From Tetramitus jugosus (Eukaryota; Protista; Heterolobosea): 64,000 nt of DNA. Shown here piece by piece: positions 10,016 to 21,884 of this stretch; positions within the stretch are counted from its first letter, which is position 1, and the number at the start of each line of letters is the position of its first letter. Position numbers and translations under genes: made by a program. The DNA lies in contig OW569372.1 of assembly GCA_937625935.1 (NCBI GenBank), positions 62,001-126,000 on the forward strand. The letters are read 5' to 3'. Under the pieces are notes generated by a model. It did no database searches and had not been told where the DNA came from. It saw only the letters and a program-made list of their open reading frames with translations.

Positions 10016-12052
10016 ATGGTATTCGAAGCAGTCAACACAGAAGTGTGTCCTTACTTGTGGAAACAAACATTGGACACGATCAAAATCTATGTTCCCATTT
10101 CATCATCATCATCCACAACAACAACAACAGCAACAGCTGTAGCAACAATCTCAACAACAGAGACTCAAATTACTTCCAATCACTTGTATGCCAAACTATT
10201 GACTGACGATGATGAACAGCAACAACCATTGATTGACGTATGTTACGATTCTTATTTCTCCTACTTTAATACAAAAAAACAAACAAAACAACACAAACAT
10301 GCATAAATGCACTAGTGAACAAACGAACAACTAACAACAACAACAACATGTATCGTATAGATGGACTTGATCACAGAAATTCTTCCTGATGAGAGTACTT
10401 GGACCATCAAATCCAATCACATTGTCTTTACATTGAAAAAGAGAAAATCAAACGAATTTTTACCCTTTATTTTCAATGAACCCATCTCTATTGAGAATAG
10501 CACTACTACTACTACTACTACTACTACTAGCATTGAAAATGCTGAAAATATTGAACATGAAAATTTGTTCGTGTTGAGTGAGATGCGTGCTCCATTGACT
10601 CGCGAACACGAGTTGATATCAAGTACTATATGGAGTGATATCTTGGAAGCAAAAATTCGTTTTCAAACATTGAAATCCAATTATGTTGCAACATCAACTA
10701 TCATGGATGAAGGTGAACCATCACACTCAATCATGCAACAATTCAATGTCGAATACATGTCATCATCTTCTTCTTCTTCATTTTCGACTACTAGTGATGA
10801 TGATGATGATGAAAATGATGATCATATGGATACAAATAATGATGATGATGATGAGAGTAATAGTGAGGTGAAGAGTGATGAAGAATTGGCACAAAATCTG
10901 TACACGTTTGCAACCATGAAGGTGACTGATTTGAGCGAGAGATTAAAATTGTATTCAAAAGCAGCCAAATTGGGTCATGTCAAAGCAAAGCTCCAATGCA
11001 TTCGAATTTATGAAGAATTGATACGATTGGAAAAATTGAGACAAGCGCAAGAACAGCAACGACAACAGCAATTGTCTCCTACGAGCGGTAATGATGATGA
11101 TGATGATGATGAACAAGAACAATTAGGTGAAAATGATGAAGGTGATCAGAGCGATCGTGAAAATGATGATAATGATGCCGCAAGTCGAGTGATTCAAGAG
11201 TTGGAAGACAAATGTTTCGACTATGTGCGATCTGTTGTGTTTCTCACTGAAAAGACATCATTGGCCACATCTGCCTTCATCAAATTGGCAACATATCATC
11301 AAATGAGAATGCAGTATCAGGAGGCGTTTGACCTCTATGTGATTGCTGCATTGAATGGTAGTGCCATTTTGATGGAAATTGTAGGAAGCTTGTACGTGGA
11401 TGATATTTTGGGTGCTGATCGAACAAAGAGACAAGCATGGTATCAGTTGGGTCTCGACAGAGGTAGTGCCAACTGTGCTCAGTTGATTGCGTTTGAACAC
11501 TTGATGACAGAGAATTATCAAATGTCGTACAATTATTTCAAGGTTGCCAATTTCATTGATCCGAGTAAGACTATTGTTCCAGATGTGCTTCTCGGTTTGC
11601 AAAAGATGAGAGACAGTAGAGCTGCTGAAGAAGAGTCTTCTGCAGAGGAGGAAACTCCGTTAGACGAAACGATGGATATGGGCGAAGGATTGGGAGCGTA
11701 CAATGGCAGCGAGGATGATGACGAACTGTTTGAGAAGGCACTCAACATGGTTGACAGAGAGCAACATCAAGATGAAGCAGCAACCACAGCAGCCAACCAA
11801 TCACCAGGGGAGGAAGAACAGATTGCACATGTAGACAAGGTGGAGGAAGAGTTGGTCGAATCGCAATTACATGAGCAAAAGTCTGCCAAGAATCCGTTCA
11901 TATTCGAGGATGAAGAGGAGGAAGAAGAAGAGGAAGAAGTTGTTCCAGTGCATGATGATAAGCCTGGAATAGGATGGAAGATATCAGAGTATGCCCTCAC
12001 TGCTGCGTCTGTCCTCGGAATAGGCTTCTTTATTTACAAAAGTCAAAACTAA
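10016..12052 (+). CDS. CS/p23(Hsp20-like) domain + SEL1/TPR-like repeats + C-terminal tail anchor protein
   Basis: Exons 10016-10237 and 10361-12052 (intron GTATGT...ATAG, phase 0). CS motifs YLWKQTLDTIKIYVP...LITEILPDESTWTIKSNHIVFTLKK; SEL1-like LYSKAAKLGHVKA, AFDLYVIAALNGS, AWYQLGLDRGSANC; C-terminal TM YALTAASVLGIGFFIY followed by KSQN. Confidence 0.8.
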
Positions 12053-12206
12053 ATTATGAGGGAGGGATGCGTACGAGTTCTCATTGGGCGAGTGCGCAAC
12101 GGGATTGAGGGTGAATTTTCACATACTTGCTGGTTTTTTTAGAAAGAGAAGCGATTGAGGCATATGATAACGAATAGACTACATTTCATTTAGTTTTTGA
12201 CAGGAC

Positions 12207-14591
12207 CTAGAGAGGAAGTGATTCTTCAAAGCTAGGGTATTCGGATAAGTTCCTCTGATTTACGTAGTGCTCTATCAGTCTCTTTACTAAGTTACCATTC
12301 GAACTAGCAGCGATAAAATCATCAGATGTAAGATTTGATATTACTTCTTTGACATCCTCGTGGATGAGTGACTTCTTTTTTGGCATCACTAGTGGGTTAT
12401 TCTCATTTCGGTGAGCCCACTTTGGGTTCGCACCCTTTCTCTTCTGTTTCTCATTCATTTCACTCTTGACTAGGTTCGCAAGCACCATCTCGCTCAAGAT
12501 ATCAATCACTATTCCTCTGGCAGTTTCATCCATCATTAAAAAGTTTAGAACTGAAGAATTTCCCTCTATGACAAGATCAGTGACATACTCGCTCATATTT
12601 TCATTGGACAGCAACCGTTTCTTTACAACCTCGATAATTCCTTGAGTTGTTTCAAGATAGGGTCGAGTAGCTTTTCGAGGAGTTGTATTCATTTCTTCTG
12701 ATGGTATGGAAGGTGGTACTTCCTCACTATAGAATTTAGATTGCTTCTTCCTTTTCGATAGACGATAGAGCGCAAGCTTTCTTATTTCTTCTATACGAGA
12801 GGAAATATCCACACTTGATGGGATGTCATCGACCGAACCAGTACTCTGGTTGTGATTTTGATCCTTCAGATGCGTTTCTTCTGGTATTGGCAAGTTCTTG
12901 CCAGTTACCTTCTTCCTCGCTCTATCTTTAAATTCCTGCATTCTTTGTTGCATGGAGCTAGAGGTAAAAGATAAGGAGTAATTGGGTAAAGGGTCGTCAT
13001 TGTTTGACGTTGATTGGGAGTTTGGAGTTTGAGTTGCAGGCATGTAATTGATTTCTATTCGAGGAACAGACTTACCCCTGACTCGGTCCTCTAAGTTCTG
13101 CAACAGAGAGTGACGAGCATCCTTTTCTTCTCTAGTGAGGGTCAGTTTCTTCCTCTTGAGACGGGTTAGTGACTCATCGATCGCAAAGGAAGCCAATCTG
13201 AGTTCCTCGTTGGTCGACAGCTTTTTAGAAAAGTAGTCTTCCTCACTTGGAGGTTGAAGAGTAGGTTGGTCGGTTCTTTCTCTGGGAGCACTCTTGTGTC
13301 TCCTTGAACTATTAACAAATATTTTCTTTCGACGGATACAATCCTGGTCATCGGGATATCTCTCTAGATGTCTCTTCACGCTGTATCTTTGAGCATAGGA
13401 AGACAAAGACAAGTTCTGCTTTGAGGGCGTCCTATCGAAGAAGGAATTATCTCTATCTGGCACCATCCAACGTTCAGGTTCATCGAGGTTTTCGGATTGA
13501 TCTTCATCAGATAATGCACTATTGTTCGGATCAAACAGTCCTCGGCGACTTTTATACTTCTGTCTGGATTCTCGAATGATGTTAAGTTTATCGACAGGAG
13601 ATTTCAAATCTTCTAACAGAAAACTAGGAACACTTTCGGTATGACCTTTCTTTAAACCTTCATCCGCTAGCTGAATCAACTGTTGCCATTCTTTCTGGAG
13701 GTTCTCGATTTCAGGATTTGTCTTAACGTTATGAGAGGGTGAGAATACCTCAGTATGTGGACTAGGGCGATACGTTGATCTGGAATGAATATTCTCTTTT
13801 CTATTCATATTAATCGGGCTCACTGAAGCTCTAACTTCTGATGGTGACATACTTTCAGATTGAGATGTAATTGACCTATTCTTCAGAATATCAGCCAGAG
13901 ACACACAAACAGCTTCTGTTTCTGGTTTTACTTTCGATACAGTTGAACTTTGTTCGTATGATGCAGGTGGTAGCGGGATCATCTTTCGTCTCAGGTACAG
14001 AGAGGACGGAATGTCTTTCATTTTGATCCTTCTTCTTTCAGAATAAGTCAAGCTCAATACTTCGGAAGCTAAATCCTTCTTTACCGTTCTATTCTCACTT
14101 CGATGAAGATAGTTTTTCTCATAGTTTTCATCCGATATGACATCAAGATTCCGAGCTATACTTTCATCCTTGTATCCAGTAACAGACTTGCTCAGGTCTT
14201 TGATGTTTGCATCTTCTTTCAACTTCTCCATCCATTCTTCTAGTTTGCTCTTTGAATTTAATAGCGTCAAAGTACTTTCATTTAGTTTCGATAGACCTCT
14301 ATGACCTTCTCTTCTAGCAATAGATTTCTTTTTGGATGACACTGGGCTTCGACTTGATTGATGAGCTGCAGGAGAAGGAATCATAGAGTAATACATGGGC
14401 TTCTTAGGCGAAGAATCAATGTTTGCAGAACCATTTGCCCTATGATTTCTGCTTTTTACCTCTTCATCGATGGTGTTTGTCACGAGCTTGAGGTTGAGTT
14501 TGGGAACTAGAATTTGAGGGACAGTGCCATTGGGCGATGAGATGGATTTTCTTGGTGTTTTAGGTTGTTTTGTGATTTGATCTTGAATCAT
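12207..14591 (-). CDS. Hypothetical 794-aa, mostly disordered S/K/E/P-rich protein
   Basis: Long intronless ATG ORF with many SP/TP sites; no recognisable domain. Confidence 0.7.
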   Translation of the reverse strand: MIQDQITKQPKTPRKSISSPNGTVPQILVPKLNLKLVTNTIDEEVKSRNHRANGSANIDSSPKKPMYYSMIPSPAAHQSSRSPVSSKKKSIARREGHRGLSKLNESTLTLLNSKSKLEEWMEKLKEDANIKDLSKSVTGYKDESIARNLDVISDENYEKNYLHRSENRTVKKDLASEVLSLTYSERRRIKMKDIPSSLYLRRKMIPLPPASYEQSSTVSKVKPETEAVCVSLADILKNRSITSQSESMSPSEVRASVSPINMNRKENIHSRSTYRPSPHTEVFSPSHNVKTNPEIENLQKEWQQLIQLADEGLKKGHTESVPSFLLEDLKSPVDKLNIIRESRQKYKSRRGLFDPNNSALSDEDQSENLDEPERWMVPDRDNSFFDRTPSKQNLSLSSYAQRYSVKRHLERYPDDQDCIRRKKIFVNSSRRHKSAPRERTDQPTLQPPSEEDYFSKKLSTNEELRLASFAIDESLTRLKRKKLTLTREEKDARHSLLQNLEDRVRGKSVPRIEINYMPATQTPNSQSTSNNDDPLPNYSLSFTSSSMQQRMQEFKDRARKKVTGKNLPIPEETHLKDQNHNQSTGSVDDIPSSVDISSRIEEIRKLALYRLSKRKKQSKFYSEEVPPSIPSEEMNTTPRKATRPYLETTQGIIEVVKKRLLSNENMSEYVTDLVIEGNSSVLNFLMMDETARGIVIDILSEMVLANLVKSEMNEKQKRKGANPKWAHRNENNPLVMPKKKSLIHEDVKEVISNLTSDDFIAASSNGNLVKRLIEHYVNQRNLSEYPSFEESLPL

Positions 14592-15051
14592 CTTGTTTCA
14601 TTCACTCAATAGCTCTCCTCGATAGAGATGATCAAAAATCTTTTCTCCACAGCAGATATCTTTACACACATGAATTCGTAGAAGAAAATTTCTGTAACGA
14701 CTCCGCAGCTCATTGTACGATTGGATCACACACGAAAACAAACCACATAACTTGGTGCTGTTATCAGATTTCACCTCTGAAATGATGATCTGGAATTGGT
14801 CCAGAACATCTCCTCTTAATTACAGTCAAGACCAAGATAGAGAGAGTCAAAGTTCTCCCTCCATTCAAGGTTGAGTCCGCTATTTCTCCGGGCAATACAA
14901 TCATATTTCCCGCCGAAAATCCGTTTTGATTCTTCCACCAAAAAATTCAAACACCGCCAAAGTGCACAAGCATCATCTTACAAGTTCAAAAGCTTTCACA
15001 TGATAATCACATATTGAACAAGTAGCTCTCTCATCAATACAAATCAATTAC

Positions 15052-18000
15052 ATGTCAAGCACAAATACAAACAACAACAATTGTCTTTTGGACATGACAA
15101 ATAACAATAACAACAACAACAATGAAAATAGCAACAACATCAATAATAGTCAAGTTCTTACGAATAAGGAAGTCGATGGCATAGTAGTAAATCACACGAA
15201 TAATGTCGAATTGAATAAAGATGATCATTTAATGAGTAGTGATGATCATACAAGCAGCAATGAGAATGAGAATAATGATGATGGTACAGGACAATATGAG
15301 AATGGTGATCATGGTGTAGTCGAGGAAGGGAATGCAGAAAATGATATGGACGACGATAATGATGATGACGACGAAGATGTAGATAATGATGTAGTAGTAG
15401 ATGATGATGAAGATGACGAAGAGTACAAGGAAGATGCAGCAGAGTCATCCTCATCTGATGTTGATTTTTCACCCAATACAAGAAAAAGTGTGGTCACAAG
15501 ACGCAAAACAACAAGATCAACAAAAAAGAGAACGAGATTGAATGATTCTCATTCACAACACAATAGCAATTCTCCTAATCTGAGACGTAGTAAGAGACAA
15601 CAAGTGAAAAAGACGTATGTCAATGATGACGAAGAGGACGAAGATGAAGAAGAGGATTTTCAATTTGAAGATGATGTCGAAGATGATGATGATGAAGAAG
15701 AAGAAGAATCAGCAGATGGTAAGGATGAAAAAGAAGAAGTAAAGAACAAAAAACGGCGCACAACCACCAGGCAGAGCAAACCTCCAAAGAATAATGAACA
15801 AATTGAACTAAGTCCTGAAGACTCAAAATTGAGAGATAAGATTGCAGAGTCGAAGATTTTGGCATACAAGGAATTTATGAATTCGAATGAACAGAGTGGA
15901 GCAGTATCAACGAGCGAGAGCGCAGACGATAACCAAAAACAAATCAAGTACCTGATGAAACCAAAGGTATGAACGAATTGAATAGTGTGAAGAAGCATGT
16001 GTTGACTCTATGATTGAGATTTGTGCTTACTCGTTTTTTGTTGTTTTATATAGAATCAATCATATATTCATACGTTTTGGGTGACAAAAGACCAATTGTT
16101 TCAAGTTCCTCGGATGAAATCATTGTTCAATTCGTTCATCAAGAGAAATCCTGTTCCGTGGGTCGATGATGACTTGTGCTTTGATGAAGACTATATTCAA
16201 ATGGAGAGAATTATTGCACAAAAGAAAGAAGGAGATCATAACATGTACCTTGTAAAGTGGAAATCTCTCGGATATGATGAGGCTACATGGGAGCGTGATT
16301 CAGATATTGAAAGGTTGGATGGCTGTAAGCAATTGGTAGAACAATTTGAAGTTCGACAACAGATTAATTTAACAAAGCAGAGTACGAGTGCAAAGAAGCG
16401 AGCGATTTCATCCTACAAACCGATTGAGGTTTCTCCAGTTTTTAAGGATGGTAGAACCTTGCGCAAGTATCAGTTGGAGGGATTGAATTGGTTGGTATTT
16501 TGTTACTATTCTCAAAGGAATTGTATCTTGGGAGATGAAATGGGTTTAGGTAAGACGATTCAATCGTTAGGAACGCTTGAATATTTAAGAACTACTGCCA
16601 ATATTAGTGGCCCATTTTTGGTGATTTCTCCATTGTCTACTCTGCGCAATTGGCAACGAGAGGCAGAGTCATGGACAGATATGAATGCAATCATTTATGC
16701 AGGCAATTCAGAGGCGAGGGAAACGATTAGAAAGCATGAGTTTTATCACAAGAATACGAAGAATTTCAAATTTAATATTCTCATTACAAATTATGAAACG
16801 GTGATATCTGATAATACGCTGCATAAAATTAAATGGGAGTTTACGGTAATTGATGAGGCGCATCGATTGAAGAATAGAGCTTCCAAGGCGCACACTCACA
16901 TTAAGCAAATTAAGACCAAGCATGTTCTTTTGCTCACTGGTACTCCCCTTCAAAATGATCTAGAGGAACTATGGAGTTTGTTGACGTTTATCGATCCGGG
17001 TAAATTTGCGAACTTGGACCAGTTTCTGAAAGAATATGGTGAACTGACAGATAAGACCCAAGTAGATACGCTGCAAGGTATACTTCAGCCTTATTTATTG
17101 AGAAGAAAGAAGGAGGACGTTGAGAAAGATTTACCATCAAAGGAGGAGACAATTATTGAGGTAGAGCTGACTTCTGCTCAAAAACAATACTATCGGGCGA
17201 TTATTGAAAAGAATCGAGATTTTCTCCAGAGAGGAAGAAAATCTGGAGGTCTCAACTTAATTAATGTGTTTATGGAGATTAGAAAGTTGTGCAATCATCC
17301 GTTCCTCATCACTGGAGCAGAAGATTCATTAATTCGAGAATCTAATATTGATACCAACAATGAGAAGGATATGAATGAGTTCATGATCAAAAGTTCCTCT
17401 AAGTTAGTGCTAGCTGACAAATTACTCACCAAACTGCGCCAAGAACCAAAGAATAAGGTTTTGATATTTAGTCAAATGCTTGGTGTTCTAGACATTTTGG
17501 AAGATTTCCTATCGTTTAGGGGATGGGATTATGAGAGATTAGATGGTTCTGACTCTGGTGATCAGAAGCAGAAGGCCATTGATAGATTTACTGAAACAGA
17601 GGATTGTTTTGTGTTTTTGTTATCCACAAAGGCAGGAGGTGTTGGTATTAATCTTACTTCAGCAAACACTGTCATCATATTTGACAGCGACTTCAATCCG
17701 CAGAATGATTTGCAAGCTCAGTCTCGCTGTCACAGAATTGGTCAGACTCAAGATGTGAAGGTGTTTCGGTTAATTACCCGGAACACTTATGAAAAGTACA
17801 TGATGGAGATTGCAAGTAAGAAGCTGGGATTAGAGCAAGTTGTTCTTCGAAACATGCATGATGCATCAACTGATAGTAAATCTGAAACAAAGAAGGGCAA
17901 AAAGAAGGGTACATCTCTTGGTTTAGATGATAGTGAAATTGAATCGTTATTGAAGTATGGAGCTTATCATTTATTCATGGGAAACAACAATACGCCAAAC

Positions 18001-19482
18001 AGTGACGGCACATCTGATGACAAAACCAAGAAGGAATCTGATGAGGACAAACAACTTCTTGAATTGGATATTGATCAGATTCTGGAAAAGAATGCACGAG
18101 TGGTCAAGTACGAATCAGAAAAGGACAATGGTCTATTAAATAACTTCTCGAAGGCCACATTCTATATTGAAGAGAATGACACCAAGATAGATATTTACGA
18201 CAAAGATTTCTGGGAGAAAATTTTGCCAGAATATGTGAATGTTGAGACGTTGTTGTCAAAAATTCATGAGGGAGATGTGTGTAAGACTCCAGAGGATCAG
18301 ACTCGATTCATGAATGTTGTCAAAAAGCTGGTAGAAACGGCTGATACAACAAGTAGTGACCTTTGGTTACTGCTTCACAACATTCATAAGAATGAGAATT
18401 TCTTACAAGAACATCGAGAGTGGGCTCAACATCACTTAATTATTTTGGATCAACCTCGACTTCGAAAGCGACGTCGAACATATAATGAAGGCTACAGCAG
18501 CTGGCTCGAGGACGAGTCAGGCAGTAAGAAGGCAAAACAGAAGAGCAAATCGAAGAAAGGGGAAGGTAAAAAGCATGAAGATGCAACTTATGAAGTCTCA
18601 GAGTCGTCGGACTCCGAGGAAGATGATACTGAAACTGTAGCCGAAGAAGAATTAAAGCGTACGACCAAAACTTCCTCTCTGAGTAATATGGACAAGGCAA
18701 GGAAGAAGGCGTCATCTGTTCCTGCGAAAAAGAATCAAAAGAACAAGAGTCCAGACGATGCAACTCCATCAATGACGGCTGTGGGTGATAGAGTTACAGT
18801 GCCTCCTGTGCAAATATCGCCCGAGGAAAGACGGCAATTAGGTTTCGGGGGATATTTGCTAGAAACAAAACCAGAAACGCATAGACCAGTTGCTCCTCAA
18901 GTCCATCCATCTCATGTCGAACAGATCGAGTTGGAGTGTGACGAGTATGTCGATACTGATAATGTTCAATATTATTACACTTATGAACAACCACAATATC
19001 ATCCTCATCCACATCACCCCACTGCGGCAATCCCTCGATCAGCTGCCAGTCATCAACCAGATGTACCTTCTCGGTTAACAACTGTACATAACTATATGCA
19101 GAGAGAGTACCGTACCGATGTTCGTCCAGATCAGAGATATGTAACTCACCCGAATCAGGGAGGATACTACGAGGAGGAGTTTGTAGAGCCTCATCAGCAA
19201 GCCAACTACTACTATGCACACGGACAGGAGCCATACTATGATCAACAACAGTATCATTATCCCGTCATGGAACATCACGATAGAGAACGCGAATATTACT
19301 ATCATCCAGTCCAACACGCAACGCACAATCCTCCCTATGTATCTGAATACGCAACGACTCCACCAACAGACAGAAGTTATCACCAAGATCATGCAGACGC
19401 AGCAGTATCGCCACAATCACACAATACTACCGTGCTGCATCCTCCAACAAGCAACGACACTACCAACACTCGCTCACAATAA
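15052..19482 (+). CDS. Chromodomain helicase DNA-binding protein, CHD6-9-like SNF2 ATPase
   Basis: Exons 15052-15966 and 16054-19482 (intron GTATGA...ATAG). Tandem chromodomains (YLMKPKNQSYIHTFWV; YLVKWKSLGYDEATWE), ILGDEMGLGKT, DEAH, TGTPLQN, QSRCHRIGQ, and CHD7-like LLKYGAY...DIDQILE...FSKATF...DFWEKI. Confidence 0.95.
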
Positions 19483-19544
19483 ATTTGCGCAGAGAAAATT
19501 TTTCGGCAACTGACAACTACGAACAAACCCCACAAAACAACACG

Positions 19545-20522
19545 ATGACTGATCGTACCATTGAATCAACTTGCAAAACGGGAGACGAGTTGTTTCTGAA
19601 AGGAAAGAAAACTTTGCATAAGAAGGCGTTCTTTGGTAGCAAAAAGGGAAACTACCAGAAGGCAGCGGATCTATTTGATGAAGCAGCTATGTTGTACAAG
19701 AATGTTCATCTCTATGAGGAGAGTGGTCACGCATTCCTTGCCAAGGCAGAAGCTCTAATGAAGGTAGAGAATCAAAAGGACGCAGCAGAGGCCTATTCTG
19801 ATGCTGCTGATGCATATGAGAGTATGATGGGCTTTGAGGGAGTTAATTCTGTTAAAATGGCCGAGTGTCTGACTGCTGCAAGCAGAATATCGTTTGAGAC
19901 GGGAGCTATCCAGAGAGCAGCAAGAATTCTCAAAGATTTAGGAGAGAGATTAACAATGGACCAAGGTAATCCTGAGTCGTTGAAGCTTGCAGCAGAAGCA
20001 TTGTACAAGGCAGCAGACTACTACGCCATGGAAAAGGCATATCCACATGTGAATGATTGTTTTGAGAAGGCTGCTATCGCTCTCGGTTACAAGAGAGATT
20101 GGAGACAAGCATCAAGAGGATGGCAAAAAATTTTGTTTGCAGAACATAATAAGCAGAAGGGAAGTAGCGGCACAAAGTCTATCATTCAATTCAAGACGAA
20201 CAAGTACATTTTTAGATCTGTCCTGTGCCAATTAGCAGGGCTGAGCACTAGTTTTATGGATGATGATCTCGAATTGATTGACGATGAACTTGATATGCTG
20301 ACGGATGCTTACGGGTACAACTTTGAGAAGAATAGGGAGTACGATCTCTTGCGCTTGTTCTTGGTGTTGTTCAAGGAGAAGGACTTGAAGAAGTTAAAAG
20401 CAGCGATCCAGAAATCACCTGAAGTTGTCACTGAGGACGATCACTGTAAGTACCTATTGGACGCTATCACAGACAAATTAGAGAAGGCTTCAAAGTTTGT
20501 CGGAGATGTGGATTTGACATAA
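19545..20522 (+). CDS. Soluble NSF attachment protein (alpha-SNAP-like)
   Basis: TPR-like SNAP repeats (AFFGSKKGNYQKAADLFDEAAMLYK, AAEAYSDAADAY, YKAADYYAME), NREYDLL motif and C-terminal DLT; ATG at 19545. Confidence 0.85.
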   Translation: MTDRTIESTCKTGDELFLKGKKTLHKKAFFGSKKGNYQKAADLFDEAAMLYKNVHLYEESGHAFLAKAEALMKVENQKDAAEAYSDAADAYESMMGFEGVNSVKMAECLTAASRISFETGAIQRAARILKDLGERLTMDQGNPESLKLAAEALYKAADYYAMEKAYPHVNDCFEKAAIALGYKRDWRQASRGWQKILFAEHNKQKGSSGTKSIIQFKTNKYIFRSVLCQLAGLSTSFMDDDLELIDDELDMLTDAYGYNFEKNREYDLLRLFLVLFKEKDLKKLKAAIQKSPEVVTEDDHCKYLLDAITDKLEKASKFVGDVDLT

Positions 20523-20559
20523 AAATTGTATTGTTATTATTGTTGTTTATCTGACTATA

Positions 20560-21675
20560 CTATACACCAGTACCAAACACAAAAGAAGGACCGTCTGTGC
20601 CAATACTTGCTCGTACGTCGTATGCTCCGGGCCCAGGGTTCTTGTTCGGTGATGTTTTGGAATCTCTACTCTTCAAGCTAAACTTCAATCCTTCACCGAT
20701 GCTCGATCTCAGATCATATTGACCTGGTCCAGGGCCTTCGATCTTTGTTGAGTGGCCTGTTCTACTTCCCAAACTGAATTTTGGAGTTTCGGAACCGATG
20801 GATGATCTTAAATCATATTGACCAGGTCCCACACTCGACACTGTCTTGGGTGTCCCAGTTCTACCACTGAGAGAAAATTTTTGAGCCGAACCAATTGTAC
20901 TCTTCAATTCGTAGGTACCAGGACCAGGAACCTCATTCTTTATCAATGTTTCAGTTCTTCCCTTCAGAGATGGAGATCTTGTGTCTCTTAAGAAACTATT
21001 CGAAACTTCATACGCGCCCGGACCAGGAGAAGATGGTACTGCTTTTTGGGTAGTTCTTGAGTACAATGAGAACTTTGAACCCTCTCCGATCGTTGATTTC
21101 ACATTGTAAGCACCAGGACCTGGAACTAAGACTAACGGTCATAATTAATAAAATGTTAGCTCATGAAGGGTACTCAGTAGTGAGTCAACAAGATCATGCC
21201 GATCACATCCAAGTTCATTTTCACTTACCCTTTGAACTAGGAGCTTCGATTCTACTTGCCAGTGAGAATTTCTTGTCTTCTCCAATGAAACTCTTCTGAT
21301 TGTAGGCACCTGGTCCAGGAGAACCTTGAGAACCGTAGGTAATACTACCATGGGTTGTTCTTCCCTTTAGTGATGGTCCCTTGGATGAGAAGGTTGTGCC
21401 TAACTCGTAAGTTCCAGGACCTGGGTTGTTTTCGGCCATTTTCTGACTCAATCGGCTCTTGAGAGTGGGTCCATTCTTGCTCAGTGTACTACCAAGATCG
21501 TAGGTTCCTGGCCCAGGAGAGTTGACAACTAATGATCAGAATTTGGTGTTAAAATAGAAACATTAAACTATGATCAACTTAGAAAGTGCCTAGTGGGAAA
21601 TCTATCGTACATACCAGCCGACGCTGGAAGAGGTCTTCCACTCTTTGGCCTCACTGGTTTCAATGGCGTACTCAT
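20560..21675 (-). CDS. SHIPPO-repeat (PGPGxY) protein, ODF3/CIMAP1/STPG-like
   Basis: Exons 21675-21615, 21528-21229 and 21125-20560 (an alternative in-frame acceptor would start exon 3 at 21131); donors GTATGT and GTAAGT. About nine ~31-aa repeats of PGPG[AT]Y[ED]L.S.IG...FSL..R. Confidence 0.9.
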
Positions 21676-21884
21676 GATTCAGTTTGGGTGAAAATTCTAA
21701 AGTATAAGAGTTGGGAAAGAAAGATTTGTCTTGACGGAATGGATTGATAACTACCTTTCTTGCTTGCCTTTGTGTCGGTTCACAGTAAAAAACCGTTTCG
21801 GGCAATCAATCCCCGACAGCGGCAAAAAACAAAAACTCTTCCAATCAAACATTCTCATTGGACCAACAACAACAACAAAAAAAA

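Noticed and set aside
20560-21530. Periodic ~93-bp repeats resembling a CRISPR or satellite array
   Set aside because: The periodicity is explained by protein-level PGPGxY repeats with synonymous divergence; no identical direct repeats with unique spacers.
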